This document shows, one piece after another, positions 48,938 through 60,519 of a DNA stretch of 64,000 bases. Source of the DNA: Oceanispirochaeta sp. (lineage in GTDB: Bacteria > Spirochaetota > Spirochaetia > DSM-2461); assembly GCA_963666275.2 (NCBI GenBank), contig CAXXOA010000003.1, forward strand, positions 96,001-160,000. Direction: 5' to 3'. A program made the position numbers and the translations under genes. Positions within the stretch are counted from its first letter, which is position 1. Each line of letters starts with the position of its first letter. A model generated the notes under the pieces. The model searched no databases, was not told the DNA's origin, and worked only from the letters and a program-made list of their open reading frames with translations.

Positions 48938-51163
48938 ATGAAACAATGGGACAATTTTATCAGTGGGTCATGGATGTTCAAAATCGATGTCCGCGACTTT
49001 ATACAGAGAAACTATACACCCTATGAAGGAGACGATTCCTTCCTGACGGGACCGACAGACAGAACCCTGATGCTCTGGGATAAAGTGAAAGATCTTATGG
49101 AGCAGGAGAGGGCCAGAGGGATCCTCGATGCGGAAACGGAAAAGCCCTCTACGGTGATCTCTCACGGGGCGGGCTACATAGACCGGGAGCTGGAGCAGAT
49201 TGTAGGGCTTCAGACCGACAAACCTCTCAAAAGGGGTATCATGCCCAAAGGGGGGCTGCGGGTGGTGGAATCCGCCCTGGAGTCCTATGGCTACAACCTT
49301 TCTGAGGAGGTGAAAGAGGTTTTCGGAAAGCACAGGAAAACCCATAACGACGGCGTTTTCAGCGCCTATACGGAAGATATGCGGAAGGCCCGGAAGTCGG
49401 GAATCCTCACAGGCCTGCCCGATGCCTACGGACGGGGGCGGATCATAGGAGATTACCGCCGGGTGGCCCTTTACGGGGTAGACCGTCTTATTGAAGACAA
49501 GAAATCCCAGAAGGAGCTTTTTGATACACCCTGTATCACCGAAGAGAGTATCCGCGGACGGGAGGAGATCTCCGAGCAGATTAAAAGTCTGGGAGAACTC
49601 AAAGAGATGGCCTCCTTTTACGGTCTGGATATTTCAGGCCCCGCCGGTACGGCGAGAGAAGCGGTTCAGTGGACCTATCTGGCCTATCTGGCGGCAATCA
49701 AGGAGCAGGACGGGGCGGCCATGTCACTGGGACGGGTGTCTTCTTTTCTGGATATCTATATTCAGAGGGATCTGGAAGAGGGGACTCTGACGGAACAGGA
49801 GGCCCAGGAATTGACCGATCACTTTGTTATGAAACTGAGGATGGTCCGTTTTCTGAGAACCCCCGGCTATAACGAACTCTTTTCGGGAGATCCCACCTGG
49901 GTTACCGAGGTCCTCGGGGGAATGGGAGTAGACGGCCGGACTCTGGTAACAAAGAACACCTTCCGCTTTCTCCATACCCTGGAAAATCTGGGGCCTGCTC
50001 CCGAGCCGAACCTGACAGTCCTGTGGACACCCCGGCTTCCCGAGGGATTCAAGGACTACTGCTGCCGGCTTTCCATTGAAACTTCGGCGATCCAGTACGA
50101 AAACGACTGCCTCATGCGGACCTGGTTCGGTGATGACTATGCCATAGCCTGCTGTGTCTCCGCCATGAAGGTGGGCAAGCAGATGCAGTTTTTCGGTGCC
50201 CGGGCCAATCTTGCCAAAGCACTTCTGTATGCCATCAACGGGGGCCGGGATGAAAAGTCGGGTCTTCAGGTGACACCGGCCTTCAAGCCCGTGGAAGGGG
50301 ACTATCTGGATTATGATGAGGTGAAAGAGCGGTTTGATGTGATCCAGGACTGGCTGGCCGCCCTCTATATCAAGACCCTCAATGTTATCCACTTTATGCA
50401 TGACAAATACAATTACGAGTCCCTCCAGATGGCTCTTCATGACAGGGATATCCACAGGACCATGGCCTGCGGGATTGCGGGACTTTCTGTAGCGGCAGAC
50501 TCTCTCTCGGCCATAAAGTACAGCCGGGTGAAGGTCATACGGAACGAAGAGGGCCTGGCGGTAGACTATGAAGTGGAAGGGGAGTACCCGGCCTTCGGCA
50601 ATAACGATGACAGGGTGGATCAGATTGCCGTAGATCTGGTGGAAGGCTTTATGGGACGTCTGAAAAAACAGAACACCTACAGAAATGCCGAACCCACCCA
50701 GTCTATCCTGACCATCACAAGCAACGTGGTCTATGGAAAGAAAACAGGATCCACTCCGGACGGAAGGAAGGCGGGGCTGCCCTTCGGTCCCGGAGCCAAT
50801 CCCATTCACGGACGGGACACCCACGGGGCTCTGGCCTCTTTCGCCTCTGTAGCGAAGCTTCCCTACGAACACGCCATCGACGGGATCTCCTATACCTTTT
50901 CCATCGTGCCCAAGGCCCTGGGCCGGAGCGGAGAGGAACAGAGGAAGAATCTCTGCTCCCTCATGGACGGCTATTTCCTGGAGGGGGGCCACCATGTGAA
51001 CATCAATGTTCTCAACAGGGAAACCCTTCTGGATGCGATGGATCATCCGGAAAAGTATCCCCAGCTGACCATCCGGGTTTCCGGCTATGCGGTGAATTTC
51101 ATCAAGCTGACCCGGGAGCAGCAGGAGGATGTTATCAACAGGACATTCCATTCGATTATCTAG
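48938..51163 (+). CDS. pflB: Pyruvate formate-lyase
   Basis: '[17 protein letters not shown]', active-site 'IACCVS', glycyl-radical '[10 protein letters not shown]'. Confidence 0.98.
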   Translation: MKQWDNFISGSWMFKIDVRDFIQRNYTPYEGDDSFLTGPTDRTLMLWDKVKDLMEQERARGILDAETEKPSTVISHGAGYIDRELEQIVGLQTDKPLKRGIMPKGGLRVVESALESYGYNLSEEVKEVFGKHRKTHNDGVFSAYTEDMRKARKSGILTGLPDAYGRGRIIGDYRRVALYGVDRLIEDKKSQKELFDTPCITEESIRGREEISEQIKSLGELKEMASFYGLDISGPAGTAREAVQWTYLAYLAAIKEQDGAAMSLGRVSSFLDIYIQRDLEEGTLTEQEAQELTDHFVMKLRMVRFLRTPGYNELFSGDPTWVTEVLGGMGVDGRTLVTKNTFRFLHTLENLGPAPEPNLTVLWTPRLPEGFKDYCCRLSIETSAIQYENDCLMRTWFGDDYAIACCVSAMKVGKQMQFFGARANLAKALLYAINGGRDEKSGLQVTPAFKPVEGDYLDYDEVKERFDVIQDWLAALYIKTLNVIHFMHDKYNYESLQMALHDRDIHRTMACGIAGLSVAADSLSAIKYSRVKVIRNEEGLAVDYEVEGEYPAFGNNDDRVDQIAVDLVEGFMGRLKKQNTYRNAEPTQSILTITSNVVYGKKTGSTPDGRKAGLPFGPGANPIHGRDTHGALASFASVAKLPYEHAIDGISYTFSIVPKALGRSGEEQRKNLCSLMDGYFLEGGHHVNINVLNRETLLDAMDHPEKYPQLTIRVSGYAVNFIKLTREQQEDVINRTFHSII

Positions 51164-51174
51164 GGGGGACACTC

Positions 51175-51906
51175 ATGGCTGAACCGGTAAAAGGGCGTAT
51201 TCACTCCTACGAGACCTGCGGCATGGTGGACGGGCCGGGACTGAGGTTTGTCCTCTTTCTCCAGGGATGCCCCCTGCGCTGCCTGTACTGTCACAATCCC
51301 GACAGCTGGTCCGCCCGGGGAGGCCGGGAGATGAACTCTCAGGAGGTGGTGAATGAAGTCCTGAAGTACAGATCCTGGATGGAGGCTTCCGGAGGAGGGC
51401 TGACCCTGAGCGGAGGGGAAGCCCTTTTTCAGCCCGACTTTGCCCGGGATATCCTGATCCGCTGCGCCCGGAAAGGGATCCACACGGTTCTGGATACGGC
51501 GGGATACGGCAAACTGGAGAGGATCGCTCCCGTGCTGGATGCGGCGGATCTGGTGATTCTGGATATCAAGTCTGTAAACGAAGAGGTCCATAAAAAAGTC
51601 ACCGGCGTGTCCGGCGCAGTGCCTCTGGAAACCCTGAATTACCTTCAGGAGACTGGTAAACCTTTATGGATACGGCATGTGGTGGTTCCGGGACTGACCG
51701 ATGACAGACGGGATCTTGCCGCCCTGAAAGGGATGCTTCTGGGGTTGAAAAATCTGGAAAGGGTGGAACTTCTGCCCTTCCATAAGATGGGGGAGGAGAA
51801 GTGGCTCCCCGGCCGGTATACCCTGGAGAACACGCCCATACCCGAAGCGGATTTTATGAAGGCCCTCTGCAGCGAGTTCCGGGAAGCAGGGCTCCCGGCG
51901 GCCTGA
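51175..51906 (+). CDS. pflA: Pyruvate formate-lyase activating enzyme (radical SAM)
   Basis: 'VDGPGLR', 'GCPLRCLYCHNPD', 'SGGE', 'LLPFHKMG'. Confidence 0.96.
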   Translation: MAEPVKGRIHSYETCGMVDGPGLRFVLFLQGCPLRCLYCHNPDSWSARGGREMNSQEVVNEVLKYRSWMEASGGGLTLSGGEALFQPDFARDILIRCARKGIHTVLDTAGYGKLERIAPVLDAADLVILDIKSVNEEVHKKVTGVSGAVPLETLNYLQETGKPLWIRHVVVPGLTDDRRDLAALKGMLLGLKNLERVELLPFHKMGEEKWLPGRYTLENTPIPEADFMKALCSEFREAGLPAA

Positions 51907-51967
51907 TTTGACAGGCATCCTCCTTTATGGCCTATAATCAGTCCCTATACCTAACAAGGAGGCAGCC

Positions 51968-52477
51968 ATGCCTGTTATTGAAAAACCTGTAGACTTCAGA
52001 GACATAGAAATCCTCAAAGAAGCAGCCGCGGAAGGCCGGAAAGCCAGAGAGAAGGGGAACCACCCTTTCGGAGCGGTTCTGACAGACAGAGAGGGAACCA
52101 TTATTCTCCGGGCGCAGAATACGGTGACTACCGAACACAACGACTGCGGTCATGCCGAAACGAATCTGATGATGGCCGCTTCAAAGGCCTACTCCCGGGA
52201 GTTCCTTTCAAGTTGCACCCTCTATACCTCAGTGGAACCCTGCGCCATGTGTGCCGGGGCGGCCTACTGGGCCAATGTGGGGCGGATTGTCTATGCCCTG
52301 TCGGAGCATCAGCTTCTGGAAATGACAGGTGACGATCCTGAGAATCTGACCTTCGATCTTCCCTGCCGGGACGTTATTGCCAGAGGCCAGAAAAACATTG
52401 CCGTCTCCGGTCCCTGCGACGATCCTGATCTGATTTCCCTGATTGCGGGAGACCACAGGGGATTCTGGAATTCCTGA
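51968..52477 (+). CDS. Zn-dependent nucleoside/nucleobase deaminase (cytidine/dCMP deaminase fold, guanine deaminase-like)
   Basis: 'PFGAVL', 'HAE', 'EPCAMC'. Confidence 0.9.
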   Translation: MPVIEKPVDFRDIEILKEAAAEGRKAREKGNHPFGAVLTDREGTIILRAQNTVTTEHNDCGHAETNLMMAASKAYSREFLSSCTLYTSVEPCAMCAGAAYWANVGRIVYALSEHQLLEMTGDDPENLTFDLPCRDVIARGQKNIAVSGPCDDPDLISLIAGDHRGFWNS

Positions 52478-52678
52478 ATTAATGGATAAATAATTTCTGA
52501 CTAAAAAACTACAAATTTGTTGGTTTGCAAAAAAAACAGGCTCTGAAACACTTATTTTCAGGGGTTTCAGAATTTCATGTCTTTATGTATATAGACTTTA
52601 TTGTTTGACTGATCAGATAATCAAAGAAAATTAACAACAAAAAATTGTTGGAAAAAAACTCTTGAAAGGACGTAAAGA

Positions 52679-53692
52679 ATGAAAAAAGCCCTATTTCTTA
52701 CCGTTATTTTTCTGATTGGTTCTCTGCAGGTTTTCGCAGCCGGCGGACAGGAATCAACAGGCAGTGAGCAGGTTAAAGTTGCTCTGATCCTTCCCAGTTC
52801 AGCCGATGACAAAGGCTGGAGCCAGGGAATGTATGATGCGGCAATGAATGTCGCCGGCGCCAGCGACGGCGTCATGGTTGTGGAATACAGTGAAAACATG
52901 AAACCTGTTGATGCCGGTTCTGCGGCCAGACAGTATGTTGCTCAGGGATTTACCTACCTTGTTTTTCATGGTTCCCAGTTTAATAACACTGTAGTGGAAA
53001 TGGCCGAAGAGTTTCCTGATGTTACATTTGTATTCGGAACTTCCTCCCAGCTCCTGGGTGACAATATTATCAGCTATCAGCCTGCAACCGAACAGCCCGG
53101 ATACCTTTCCGGAATTATCGCCGGTATGACAACAAAAACCGGTAAAATCGGTATTGTCGGTCCTGTAGATGGGGGAGATGCGGCTCAGTACAACAGAGGT
53201 TTTTGGCTCGGTATCAAATCTGTAAACGAAGATGCGGAAATCGGTGTGGCCCATACAGGCAGCTACGGTGACTATGTAAAAGCCGGTGAGCTGGCTCAGA
53301 CCTATATCGGCGACGGTTTTGACATTATGGCCGGTTCCGCTCAGCAGGGACTGGGAGCTCTTCAGGCAATTGCCCAGCATCCCGATGAAGATGTGTACTG
53401 GATGGGAACTTCCGAGATCCTTTTTGACAGCCCCGAAGGCTACAAACTGATGGCAGCCTGTTCCTATCATTACGATCCTATTTTTGCCACCATCCTGGAC
53501 GCTTTCAAAGCCGGTGAATCCAGCATTCCCGGTCAGGTTTTCTGGCTGACAATTCCCAATGGCGGTTTCTCTTTCAGCATGTCTGATGAAAATCCCCTGC
53601 TGACTGCAGAAGTCAGAGCTGCTGTTGAAGAAGCCTCTGCCAAGCTGATGGCTGATGATCTTGAAATTGACTGGCAGAGTGTTAAATACTAA
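52679..53692 (+). CDS. BMP-family nucleoside ABC transporter substrate-binding protein
   Basis: Signal peptide, 'DDKGWSQG', 'GYLSGIIAG..TKTGKIG', 'GSYGD'. Confidence 0.88.
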   Translation: MKKALFLTVIFLIGSLQVFAAGGQESTGSEQVKVALILPSSADDKGWSQGMYDAAMNVAGASDGVMVVEYSENMKPVDAGSAARQYVAQGFTYLVFHGSQFNNTVVEMAEEFPDVTFVFGTSSQLLGDNIISYQPATEQPGYLSGIIAGMTTKTGKIGIVGPVDGGDAAQYNRGFWLGIKSVNEDAEIGVAHTGSYGDYVKAGELAQTYIGDGFDIMAGSAQQGLGALQAIAQHPDEDVYWMGTSEILFDSPEGYKLMAACSYHYDPIFATILDAFKAGESSIPGQVFWLTIPNGGFSFSMSDENPLLTAEVRAAVEEASAKLMADDLEIDWQSVKY

Positions 53693-53859
53693 AAAAGTCT
53701 TTATGTAATAAAGTTGTAAGTTTACCTTTCTTCCCTCTCCTCCGCCCTTAACGGGGCAGGGAGGGTTTCCTGATTCATAAGGAAATTCCTGCCTTCTGCT
53801 GAAGGGGCGGAGACCGGGGAGGGAGTACAGGAAGGGAGTCTCTGGAGTAGAGAAATATT

Positions 53860-55377
53860 ATGGAAAAAATTCGTTCATTGAGGATCGAGGGAATTACAAA
53901 ACGCTTTCCCGGTGTCCTTGCTTGTGATGATATCAATCTGTCGGTGGGAGAAAATGAGGTCCTTGCCATTGTGGGAGAGAACGGCGCCGGCAAGACAACC
54001 CTTATGAATATACTGATGGGACTGTATCAGGCAGATCAGGGAACCATCTATATCAACGACCAACCTGTCAATTTCAAATCTCCCAGAGATGCTTTTGATG
54101 CGGGAATCGGCATGGTTCATCAGAAGTATATGCTTGTTCCCAATCTGACGGTACTTGAAAATATAGCCCTGGGAATGGAAGCCGCCCATGTGAAGGGCCG
54201 ACTCAAACTCGATGTGGTCCGCCGGAAAATTGAAGAGATCGCCAGCCTTTACAATCTGCACTGCGATCCCGATGCCTATGTCTGGCAGCTTTCTGTAGGG
54301 GAGCAGCAGCGGGTGGAGCTTATCAAAACTCTCTGCTATGGCGCCCGTTTCCTGATTCTGGATGAACCCAGTTCCGCCCTGACTCCCCAGGAGACGGATG
54401 AGCTGATTGCTCTTCTGGCGGAAATGGCAAAAAGCCTTTCGATCATATTCATCAGTCATAAACTGCACGAGGTTAAAGCCCTCTCTCATAAAGTTCTGAT
54501 TCTCAGGCACGGGCGGGTCACTTTTGCGGGTGATACCCAGGATTATACTCCCCACGAACTGGCCTCGTTTATGACAGGGGCCGAGGTGGAACTTCCCAAG
54601 AACACCTGCGGCGAGAGCAGCGAGGATGTGCTGCTGGATATTCAGGACCTGACGGTTCAGAGCGACCGGGGATACAAAGCCCTTGATGAGCTTTCCCTGT
54701 GCATCCACAAGGGCGAGATCGTCGGACTGGCCGGTGTTTCCGGAAACGGTCAGAAAGAGCTGGCCGAGGCTATCAACGGACTGAGAAAAGTCCAGTCCGG
54801 AGAGATCCTCTTTCTGGAAGAGAACATTGCCAACCTGTCTCCCGGAGAGGTGATTCACCGGGGTATGGGATACATTCCCGAAGATAGGAATAATGAAGGG
54901 ATCGTCCCCTCCTTCTCCATCAGGGAAAACCTGATCCTCAAGGATCATGATTCTCCCCGGTTCAGTCAGCGGAAGGTGCTGAAACAGAAAGATATCTCCC
55001 TTTCGGCAGAAAAACTGAGAGAGCAGTTTGATATCAGATCTCCTCACACGGAAGTAGCCGCCGGTTCTCTGTCGGGGGGGAATATACAGAAAGTCATTCT
55101 GGCCAGGGAAATTGACAGGAAACCCCGTTTTCTCGTGGCTGTCTATCCCACCAGAGGTCTGGACATGGGGGCTGCCGAGTTCATTCACCAGCAGCTGCTT
55201 GACCTGAAAGACCAGGGTGTGGGAATCCTGCTGATTTCCGAAGAACTGGAGGAGATTATCAACCTCTCCGACAGGGTGGCTGTTATTTACAAAGGAAAAA
55301 TCATGAAAGTTTTGAAAGGCCGGGAAGCGGAACAGAAGAAGCTCGGACTTCTGATGGCGGGGGTTTCGGGTGACTAA
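53860..55377 (+). CDS. Nucleoside ABC transporter ATP-binding protein
   Basis: 'GENGAGKTT', 'LSVGEQQRVE', 'GVSGNGQ', 'LSGGNIQK', 'PTRGLD'. Confidence 0.95.
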   Translation: MEKIRSLRIEGITKRFPGVLACDDINLSVGENEVLAIVGENGAGKTTLMNILMGLYQADQGTIYINDQPVNFKSPRDAFDAGIGMVHQKYMLVPNLTVLENIALGMEAAHVKGRLKLDVVRRKIEEIASLYNLHCDPDAYVWQLSVGEQQRVELIKTLCYGARFLILDEPSSALTPQETDELIALLAEMAKSLSIIFISHKLHEVKALSHKVLILRHGRVTFAGDTQDYTPHELASFMTGAEVELPKNTCGESSEDVLLDIQDLTVQSDRGYKALDELSLCIHKGEIVGLAGVSGNGQKELAEAINGLRKVQSGEILFLEENIANLSPGEVIHRGMGYIPEDRNNEGIVPSFSIRENLILKDHDSPRFSQRKVLKQKDISLSAEKLREQFDIRSPHTEVAAGSLSGGNIQKVILAREIDRKPRFLVAVYPTRGLDMGAAEFIHQQLLDLKDQGVGILLISEELEEIINLSDRVAVIYKGKIMKVLKGREAEQKKLGLLMAGVSGD

Positions 55378-56509
55378 AAAACAGTTTCAACTTACCTTTA
55401 AGATCGCTGTGTTTCTGCTGGCGGTTGTTGTCTGTGCTCTCATGGCCTCCATCATTCTCTGGACCATCGGAGCGGAAGTTCTCAAATCCTTTTCGGTTAT
55501 CTTTTTTGAGCCTCTGAAGAATTTTTATATCATATCGGAAGTCCTTATCCGTATGATTCCCCTCCTGCTGGTCGCCCTGGGTATTACAGTGGCTTTCCGA
55601 AGCGGTATTCTGAATATCGGGGGAGAGGGACAGATCATCATGGGGATCCTGGGGACCACCATCGTGGCGGTCTGTTTTCCCACTCTACCCCGGTTTATCA
55701 TGATTCCCGCGGCACTGCTGGCAGGGGCCCTGTTCGGCGGCCTTTATGCGGCCATCCCCGGAATCCTGAAAGCGAAACTGCAGGTCAGTGAGCTCCTCTC
55801 CACGGTGATGCTCAACTATATTGCCGCACAGATCTATGTTCTGTGTCTCAGAGGTCCGCTGATCGATCCCAATGAACTTGTGACAGGCTCGGGGACTCCC
55901 CAGAGTATCCGATTTCCCGAAGCGGCCTGGCTGACCAGGTATGTGAAGGGAACCAGAGTGCATTCAGGCCTTTTGATTGCCCTGGCTCTGGCTCTGATTG
56001 TGTATCTCCTTTTATGGAAAACAACCTTCGGCTATAAACTGAGGGCCGCAGGAGCCCAGCAGAAGGCGGCCCGCTACGGCGGTATCAATGTGGGACGTTC
56101 TCTTGTGACCGCCATGGTTCTCTCGGGCGCCCTGGCCGGTATTGCCGGCGGTTCGGAAGTGATGGGACTCCACAGACGGGCCATCGAAGATATCTCTTCG
56201 GGATACGGTTTTACAGGAATCGTAGTTGCCCTTTTCGGAGGTCTTCATCCGGCGGGGATCATCCCGGCCTCATTCTTTTTCGGTCTGATCCTTGTGGGGG
56301 GCGATATGACCCAGCGGATGGTCGGCGTGCCTGCCAATATGGTTCAGGTGCTCCAGGGGATCATTATCCTGACCATCATCTCCGTGAAAATGGTGATCAA
56401 CAACCCCTATCTCCTGGACAGGGTGACCAGGCGCTTCTCCCATCTGATTTCTGACATGGGGAACGAAAAGAGCGATACCCCCGCAACTGAAGAGGAGGTG
56501 AAAGCCTGA
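55370..56509 (+). CDS. Nucleoside ABC transporter permease 1
   Basis: 'NIGGEGQ', 'TVMLNY', 'GYGFTGIVVAL'. Confidence 0.92.
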   Translation: MTKKQFQLTFKIAVFLLAVVVCALMASIILWTIGAEVLKSFSVIFFEPLKNFYIISEVLIRMIPLLLVALGITVAFRSGILNIGGEGQIIMGILGTTIVAVCFPTLPRFIMIPAALLAGALFGGLYAAIPGILKAKLQVSELLSTVMLNYIAAQIYVLCLRGPLIDPNELVTGSGTPQSIRFPEAAWLTRYVKGTRVHSGLLIALALALIVYLLLWKTTFGYKLRAAGAQQKAARYGGINVGRSLVTAMVLSGALAGIAGGSEVMGLHRRAIEDISSGYGFTGIVVALFGGLHPAGIIPASFFFGLILVGGDMTQRMVGVPANMVQVLQGIIILTIISVKMVINNPYLLDRVTRRFSHLISDMGNEKSDTPATEEEVKA

Positions 56510-57453
56510 TGGATTTTTTAATGAGTGTCCTTGTTCTGGGAATTCCTTTTTCCATCTCACTGCTCCTGGCTTCTTTAGGGGAGATGTACAACCAGAGAGC
56601 CGGTGTGTTCAATCTGGGCTGTGAAGGTATCATGGCCATGGGAGCTTTTGCGGGCTTTCTCATTCCCTATATGGTCGGAGGGGGAGGAGAGTACTCCTGG
56701 ACCCTGAACCTTCTGGGAATCCTGGCAGCTCTTGTTGTGGGAGCTCTGATGGGACTGTTCTTCGGCCTGGTGGTGGTGACCTTCAAAGCGCCCCAGGGAA
56801 TCGCCGGTATCGGGCTTCAGATGTTCGGTGTGGGTGTATCGGGAACCCTGTTCCGCCATTTTATCGGCGGTATCGCCAGTGTCTCCGGAATCAGGGCCCT
56901 GCCGATTCCTCTGCTGTCAAAGATACCCTTTCTGGGCAATATCTTTTTCAACCATAACCTGATTGTGTACATCGCCATGGCCCTGGTCCCTCTGTCGGTA
57001 TTTATTCTGAATAAAACCTCCTGGGGGCTGAAGGTCCGTGCCAGCGGTACCACTCCCGAAGCGGCGGACAGCGTGGGGATCAATGTGAACCGCATCCGCT
57101 ATCAGGCCCTGATCGTGGGGGGAGCCCTGGCCGGACTGGCAGGCGCCTATCTCTCGCTGGGACAGGTGAAAATGTTTGCGGACTCGCTCATAGCGGGACG
57201 CGGTTTTATCGCCGTGGCTCTTGTCTACTTCGGCCGCTGGACCCCCTGGGGCGTTCTCTGGGGAGCCCTGCTCTTCAGCCTGACCCAGGTGTTTCAGCTG
57301 AAAGTCCAGACCATGGGAATCCCTATTCCCTATGAGTTTGCGGTTATGCTTCCCTATGTTCTTGTTATCATTGTTCTGGCCCTTTCGCGGAAGAGTCAGC
57401 ACCTGAGTCCCCTGGCCCTGGGAAAACCCTTCGACAGGGAAAACAGGGTATAG
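56509..57453 (+). CDS. Nucleoside ABC transporter permease 2
   Basis: 'RAGVFNLGCEG', 'AADSVGINV', 'GRGFIAVA', 'MLPYV'. Confidence 0.92.
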   Translation: MDFLMSVLVLGIPFSISLLLASLGEMYNQRAGVFNLGCEGIMAMGAFAGFLIPYMVGGGGEYSWTLNLLGILAALVVGALMGLFFGLVVVTFKAPQGIAGIGLQMFGVGVSGTLFRHFIGGIASVSGIRALPIPLLSKIPFLGNIFFNHNLIVYIAMALVPLSVFILNKTSWGLKVRASGTTPEAADSVGINVNRIRYQALIVGGALAGLAGAYLSLGQVKMFADSLIAGRGFIAVALVYFGRWTPWGVLWGALLFSLTQVFQLKVQTMGIPIPYEFAVMLPYVLVIIVLALSRKSQHLSPLALGKPFDRENRV

Positions 57454-57633
57454 GTTCCTCTCCGGCCGGCATATGGCATTGCTTGTTTTTGCCTTCTGCC
57501 GGCTTGAGTACGGATCTTAATTTACACTATTTTACATTTGCTTTACTTTCCTTTCACCAGGCTCTCTGGGCTTTCCTTTATCCTGTTCATAGAAGTTAAC
57601 GTATTTATAACTCCATGATTCAAGGATAAAAGA

Positions 57634-58206
57634 ATGATTAAAATCATGAATATTCTACTTGCAGTGGTTTTTACGATTCTGGTTTTTCTCTCCTGCCAGA
57701 CACAGAAAAAAAATTTAGAACAGGAATTATCTGCTGCAATGAAGCCTTCTCCCTTGGCAATGGCGGATCCGGATTCCATGGATCTTCTGTTGAAGCTGGA
57801 ATTATTACTGGACAGCAGCGAAGCATCTCTGGTTTTAACTGATGAACAGATTTCCCGTATCCTTCCCGTTCTGGAATCCTGGAGGGAAGCACTGGATGCT
57901 AATCAGTCCACAGAAAACAGGACTTATGCAGGATTGATCAGTCTGGAATTGACTGAGGAGCAATTAGCATTCAACCCGGTCCGGGAACAGCAGCCCCCCC
58001 GGCACGATCCATCCGAGGATATGGAGGCTCTTTCAGGTGATCCCGGACCAGGGAGAGGCGGCCCCGGAGGTGCAGGACCCGGTGGGCCGGGGGCTCCGGG
58101 AATGGATAGGCCCGGGAAGGGTGAGGCCGGACCTTCTGACCCCGATCAGTTCAATTTCAGGATGCTAATTGATCGTGTCATTGAAAAAATGTCGGAACTC
58201 AAGTAG
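57634..58206 (+). CDS. Hypothetical lipoprotein with LTxxQ motifs and a Gly/Pro-rich segment
   Basis: Lipobox 'FLSC', 'LTDEQ', 'LTEEQ', 'GPGRGGPGGAGPGGPG'. Confidence 0.65.
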   Translation: MIKIMNILLAVVFTILVFLSCQTQKKNLEQELSAAMKPSPLAMADPDSMDLLLKLELLLDSSEASLVLTDEQISRILPVLESWREALDANQSTENRTYAGLISLELTEEQLAFNPVREQQPPRHDPSEDMEALSGDPGPGRGGPGGAGPGGPGAPGMDRPGKGEAGPSDPDQFNFRMLIDRVIEKMSELK

Positions 58207-58342
58207 CCGATCCTTCTTTATCTGATACTGTGGGGGGGGGGATTTCCCCCCCGGTTCGGATGATCATCCCAATGATGAAGTCTTCAGAGTTTTTCTAACA
58301 GGAATAAGACTCGGGTCCTTCCTGTCTAAAGGGGTTAGCTAT

Positions 58343-60439
58343 ATGAAAAAAGGGTCGAGAAGAAACAGTATTTCTTTAAAAATCATACTGACCATTGTTC
58401 TGTTCCTTATTCTGGCTATGACTGTTATGGAACAGTTCCTTGCCTTCGCCCTGAAGAGGGAGGTCAGGGAAAACATGTCTGAACTGATGCTGGAACAGAC
58501 ACATTCAATCAGTGAACTGATCCAAATGCAGCTGGATATGGTTAATCTGCAAAACAAACTGGAAAGCCGGAATCCAGAAGTGGTCAAGTTCCTTCAGGGG
58601 GAGGACTCTACTGTCTCCAACGCCTATTTCAAAGCCTGTATGGAAAATATCGGATACATCGAAAACATCCTTTTGGTTGATCGGGATGGTATCGTCCAAT
58701 CCGCCGGTCTGGAAGAATCTGTTGGACAGTCTTTAGACAGCTCTCCTATTTATGATTCTCTGATTAATAAGGGAAATATCTCTTTTACAGCTGATCCCTC
58801 CGTGTCTCCCTCTACAGGGCATCCTGTTATTACCCTCTCTCATGTTGTGAAGGATCAGGGAGGACAGGCCATCGGATTCATTCTGACCGGCCTGGATCTC
58901 CAGATGTTTTCTGAAGATTTTGTAAGAACGAAAAATTTCAGTGAAACTGGATATACCTTTCTGATGACTTCGCAGGGAATCATCATTTCCCATCCGGATA
59001 GTTCCGTGATTATGGAAGATCTTAAGGAGGAAGAGTTCTTCCTCAAGGGAAAAGAACTGGTACAGTCTCCGGCGGGAGAAGGTTTCATTGAATATGTTTT
59101 TAATGGTGCAGAAAGAGTCGGGGTTGTGACGCAACTGAAAGATCAGTCCTGGATGGTCATTATGACAATTGAGAAGAGGGATTTCTATAGCGTAGCCGGT
59201 ATCATACGATTGTATCTCAAAATCATCAGCGTGATTATTATAATTGTGTTATGGGGGGCTATTTCCCTTCTCATAAACAGAATATTGAGGAAGAGACTGC
59301 AGCAGCTTCAGGCCCTTATATCTACTGCTTCTACGGGGAATCTTACTATCCGGACGGATTTACAGGGTAATGACGAGCTTACAGGAATGCAGGAGGAAAT
59401 GAACTGTTTTCTGGGAAGCCTTTCCATTCTGATTTCAGGAATTACAGATAAAGTGGAGTCTCTGGGAAATACAGGGTCATTATTGGATTCTGTTTCCGAT
59501 AAAACGGTTCGTTCTGTCAAGCAGATTAACAATACGCTTGATTCAACGAACATAACCATTCAAAACCAGGCCGCTAATGTCTCTGAAACTTCTGCTGCGG
59601 TGGAACAGATGACCAAGAATATAAGTGCTCTGAACATTTCTATTCAGCAGCAGTCTTCCAGTATTGAAGTCTCTTCTGCATCAATCGAGGAAATTATTGC
59701 CAATATCGACTCTATTTCCCACCAGACCGATACTGCTCAGGAAAATCTGAATTGTCTGCAGGATGTTTCTGACACGGGAAAGAAAAAAATTGAGACGGTA
59801 CTTTCCACTGTAAATAAAATCATCAGTAGTTCCTCTGAACTGCAGGAAGCCAATACCATCATCGACAATATTGCCTCTCAGACAAATCTTCTAGCCATTA
59901 ATGCAGCCATCGAAGCGGCTCACGCGGGAGAAGCAGGGAAAGGTTTTGCTGTTGTTGCCGATGAGATACGGAAACTGGCGGAAGAATCCTCGTCAAATTC
60001 AAAGAAAATCAGTGTAAACCTGAAAGAAATATCCCAGACCATTGATGAAATGGCGGCTTCTACCAAAGAGGCGGATTTATCCTTTCAGGAAGTACTGGGT
60101 CAGTTAAAGAGCGTCGATACTGCTTTTATGGGCATCAGTATGGCTATGAAGGAACAAAAATCCGGTTCAAAGGAAATACTGCAGGCTCTGCAGGCTATGA
60201 AGGATATCACCCTGTCTGTTCAAACAGGATCCTTCGAAATGACTGCGGGAAACAACCAGATTCTGGAGGCTATCGGTACTTTAAACTGCCTGACATCGGA
60301 AGTGCTCAATTCCATACATAGGATTAATCAGGAAACCGGAAACATTACAGGAGGGATGGATGAAATCAGGGAACTGTCCGGTACGAACAAAGGGAATATA
60401 GAGGAAATCAGCGAGGCGGCTGAAAAATTTACTATTTAG
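58343..60439 (+). CDS. Methyl-accepting chemotaxis protein (dCache sensor)
   Basis: TM-dCache-TM-HAMP and '[35 protein letters not shown]'. Confidence 0.95.
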   Translation: MKKGSRRNSISLKIILTIVLFLILAMTVMEQFLAFALKREVRENMSELMLEQTHSISELIQMQLDMVNLQNKLESRNPEVVKFLQGEDSTVSNAYFKACMENIGYIENILLVDRDGIVQSAGLEESVGQSLDSSPIYDSLINKGNISFTADPSVSPSTGHPVITLSHVVKDQGGQAIGFILTGLDLQMFSEDFVRTKNFSETGYTFLMTSQGIIISHPDSSVIMEDLKEEEFFLKGKELVQSPAGEGFIEYVFNGAERVGVVTQLKDQSWMVIMTIEKRDFYSVAGIIRLYLKIISVIIIIVLWGAISLLINRILRKRLQQLQALISTASTGNLTIRTDLQGNDELTGMQEEMNCFLGSLSILISGITDKVESLGNTGSLLDSVSDKTVRSVKQINNTLDSTNITIQNQAANVSETSAAVEQMTKNISALNISIQQQSSSIEVSSASIEEIIANIDSISHQTDTAQENLNCLQDVSDTGKKKIETVLSTVNKIISSSSELQEANTIIDNIASQTNLLAINAAIEAAHAGEAGKGFAVVADEIRKLAEESSSNSKKISVNLKEISQTIDEMAASTKEADLSFQEVLGQLKSVDTAFMGISMAMKEQKSGSKEILQALQAMKDITLSVQTGSFEMTAGNNQILEAIGTLNCLTSEVLNSIHRINQETGNITGGMDEIRELSGTNKGNIEEISEAAEKFTI

Positions 60440-60519
60440 GGCCCAGGAGGATTTGCATTCCAGGAGATTTTCCCGGCTATGGCCGGCTGATTATACCTTT
60501 TCCTCTTCCTGAGTCCAGT

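Noticed and set aside
52478..52678. Purine riboswitch before the BMP nucleoside ABC operon
   Set aside because: The conserved purine-aptamer core is not recognisable by eye. An Rfam scan would be needed to exclude it fully.
57474..57492. Possible sigma-54 promoter (TGGCA...TTGC)
   Set aside because: GG-to-GC spacing is not 10 nt. It is part of a hairpin after the permease gene.
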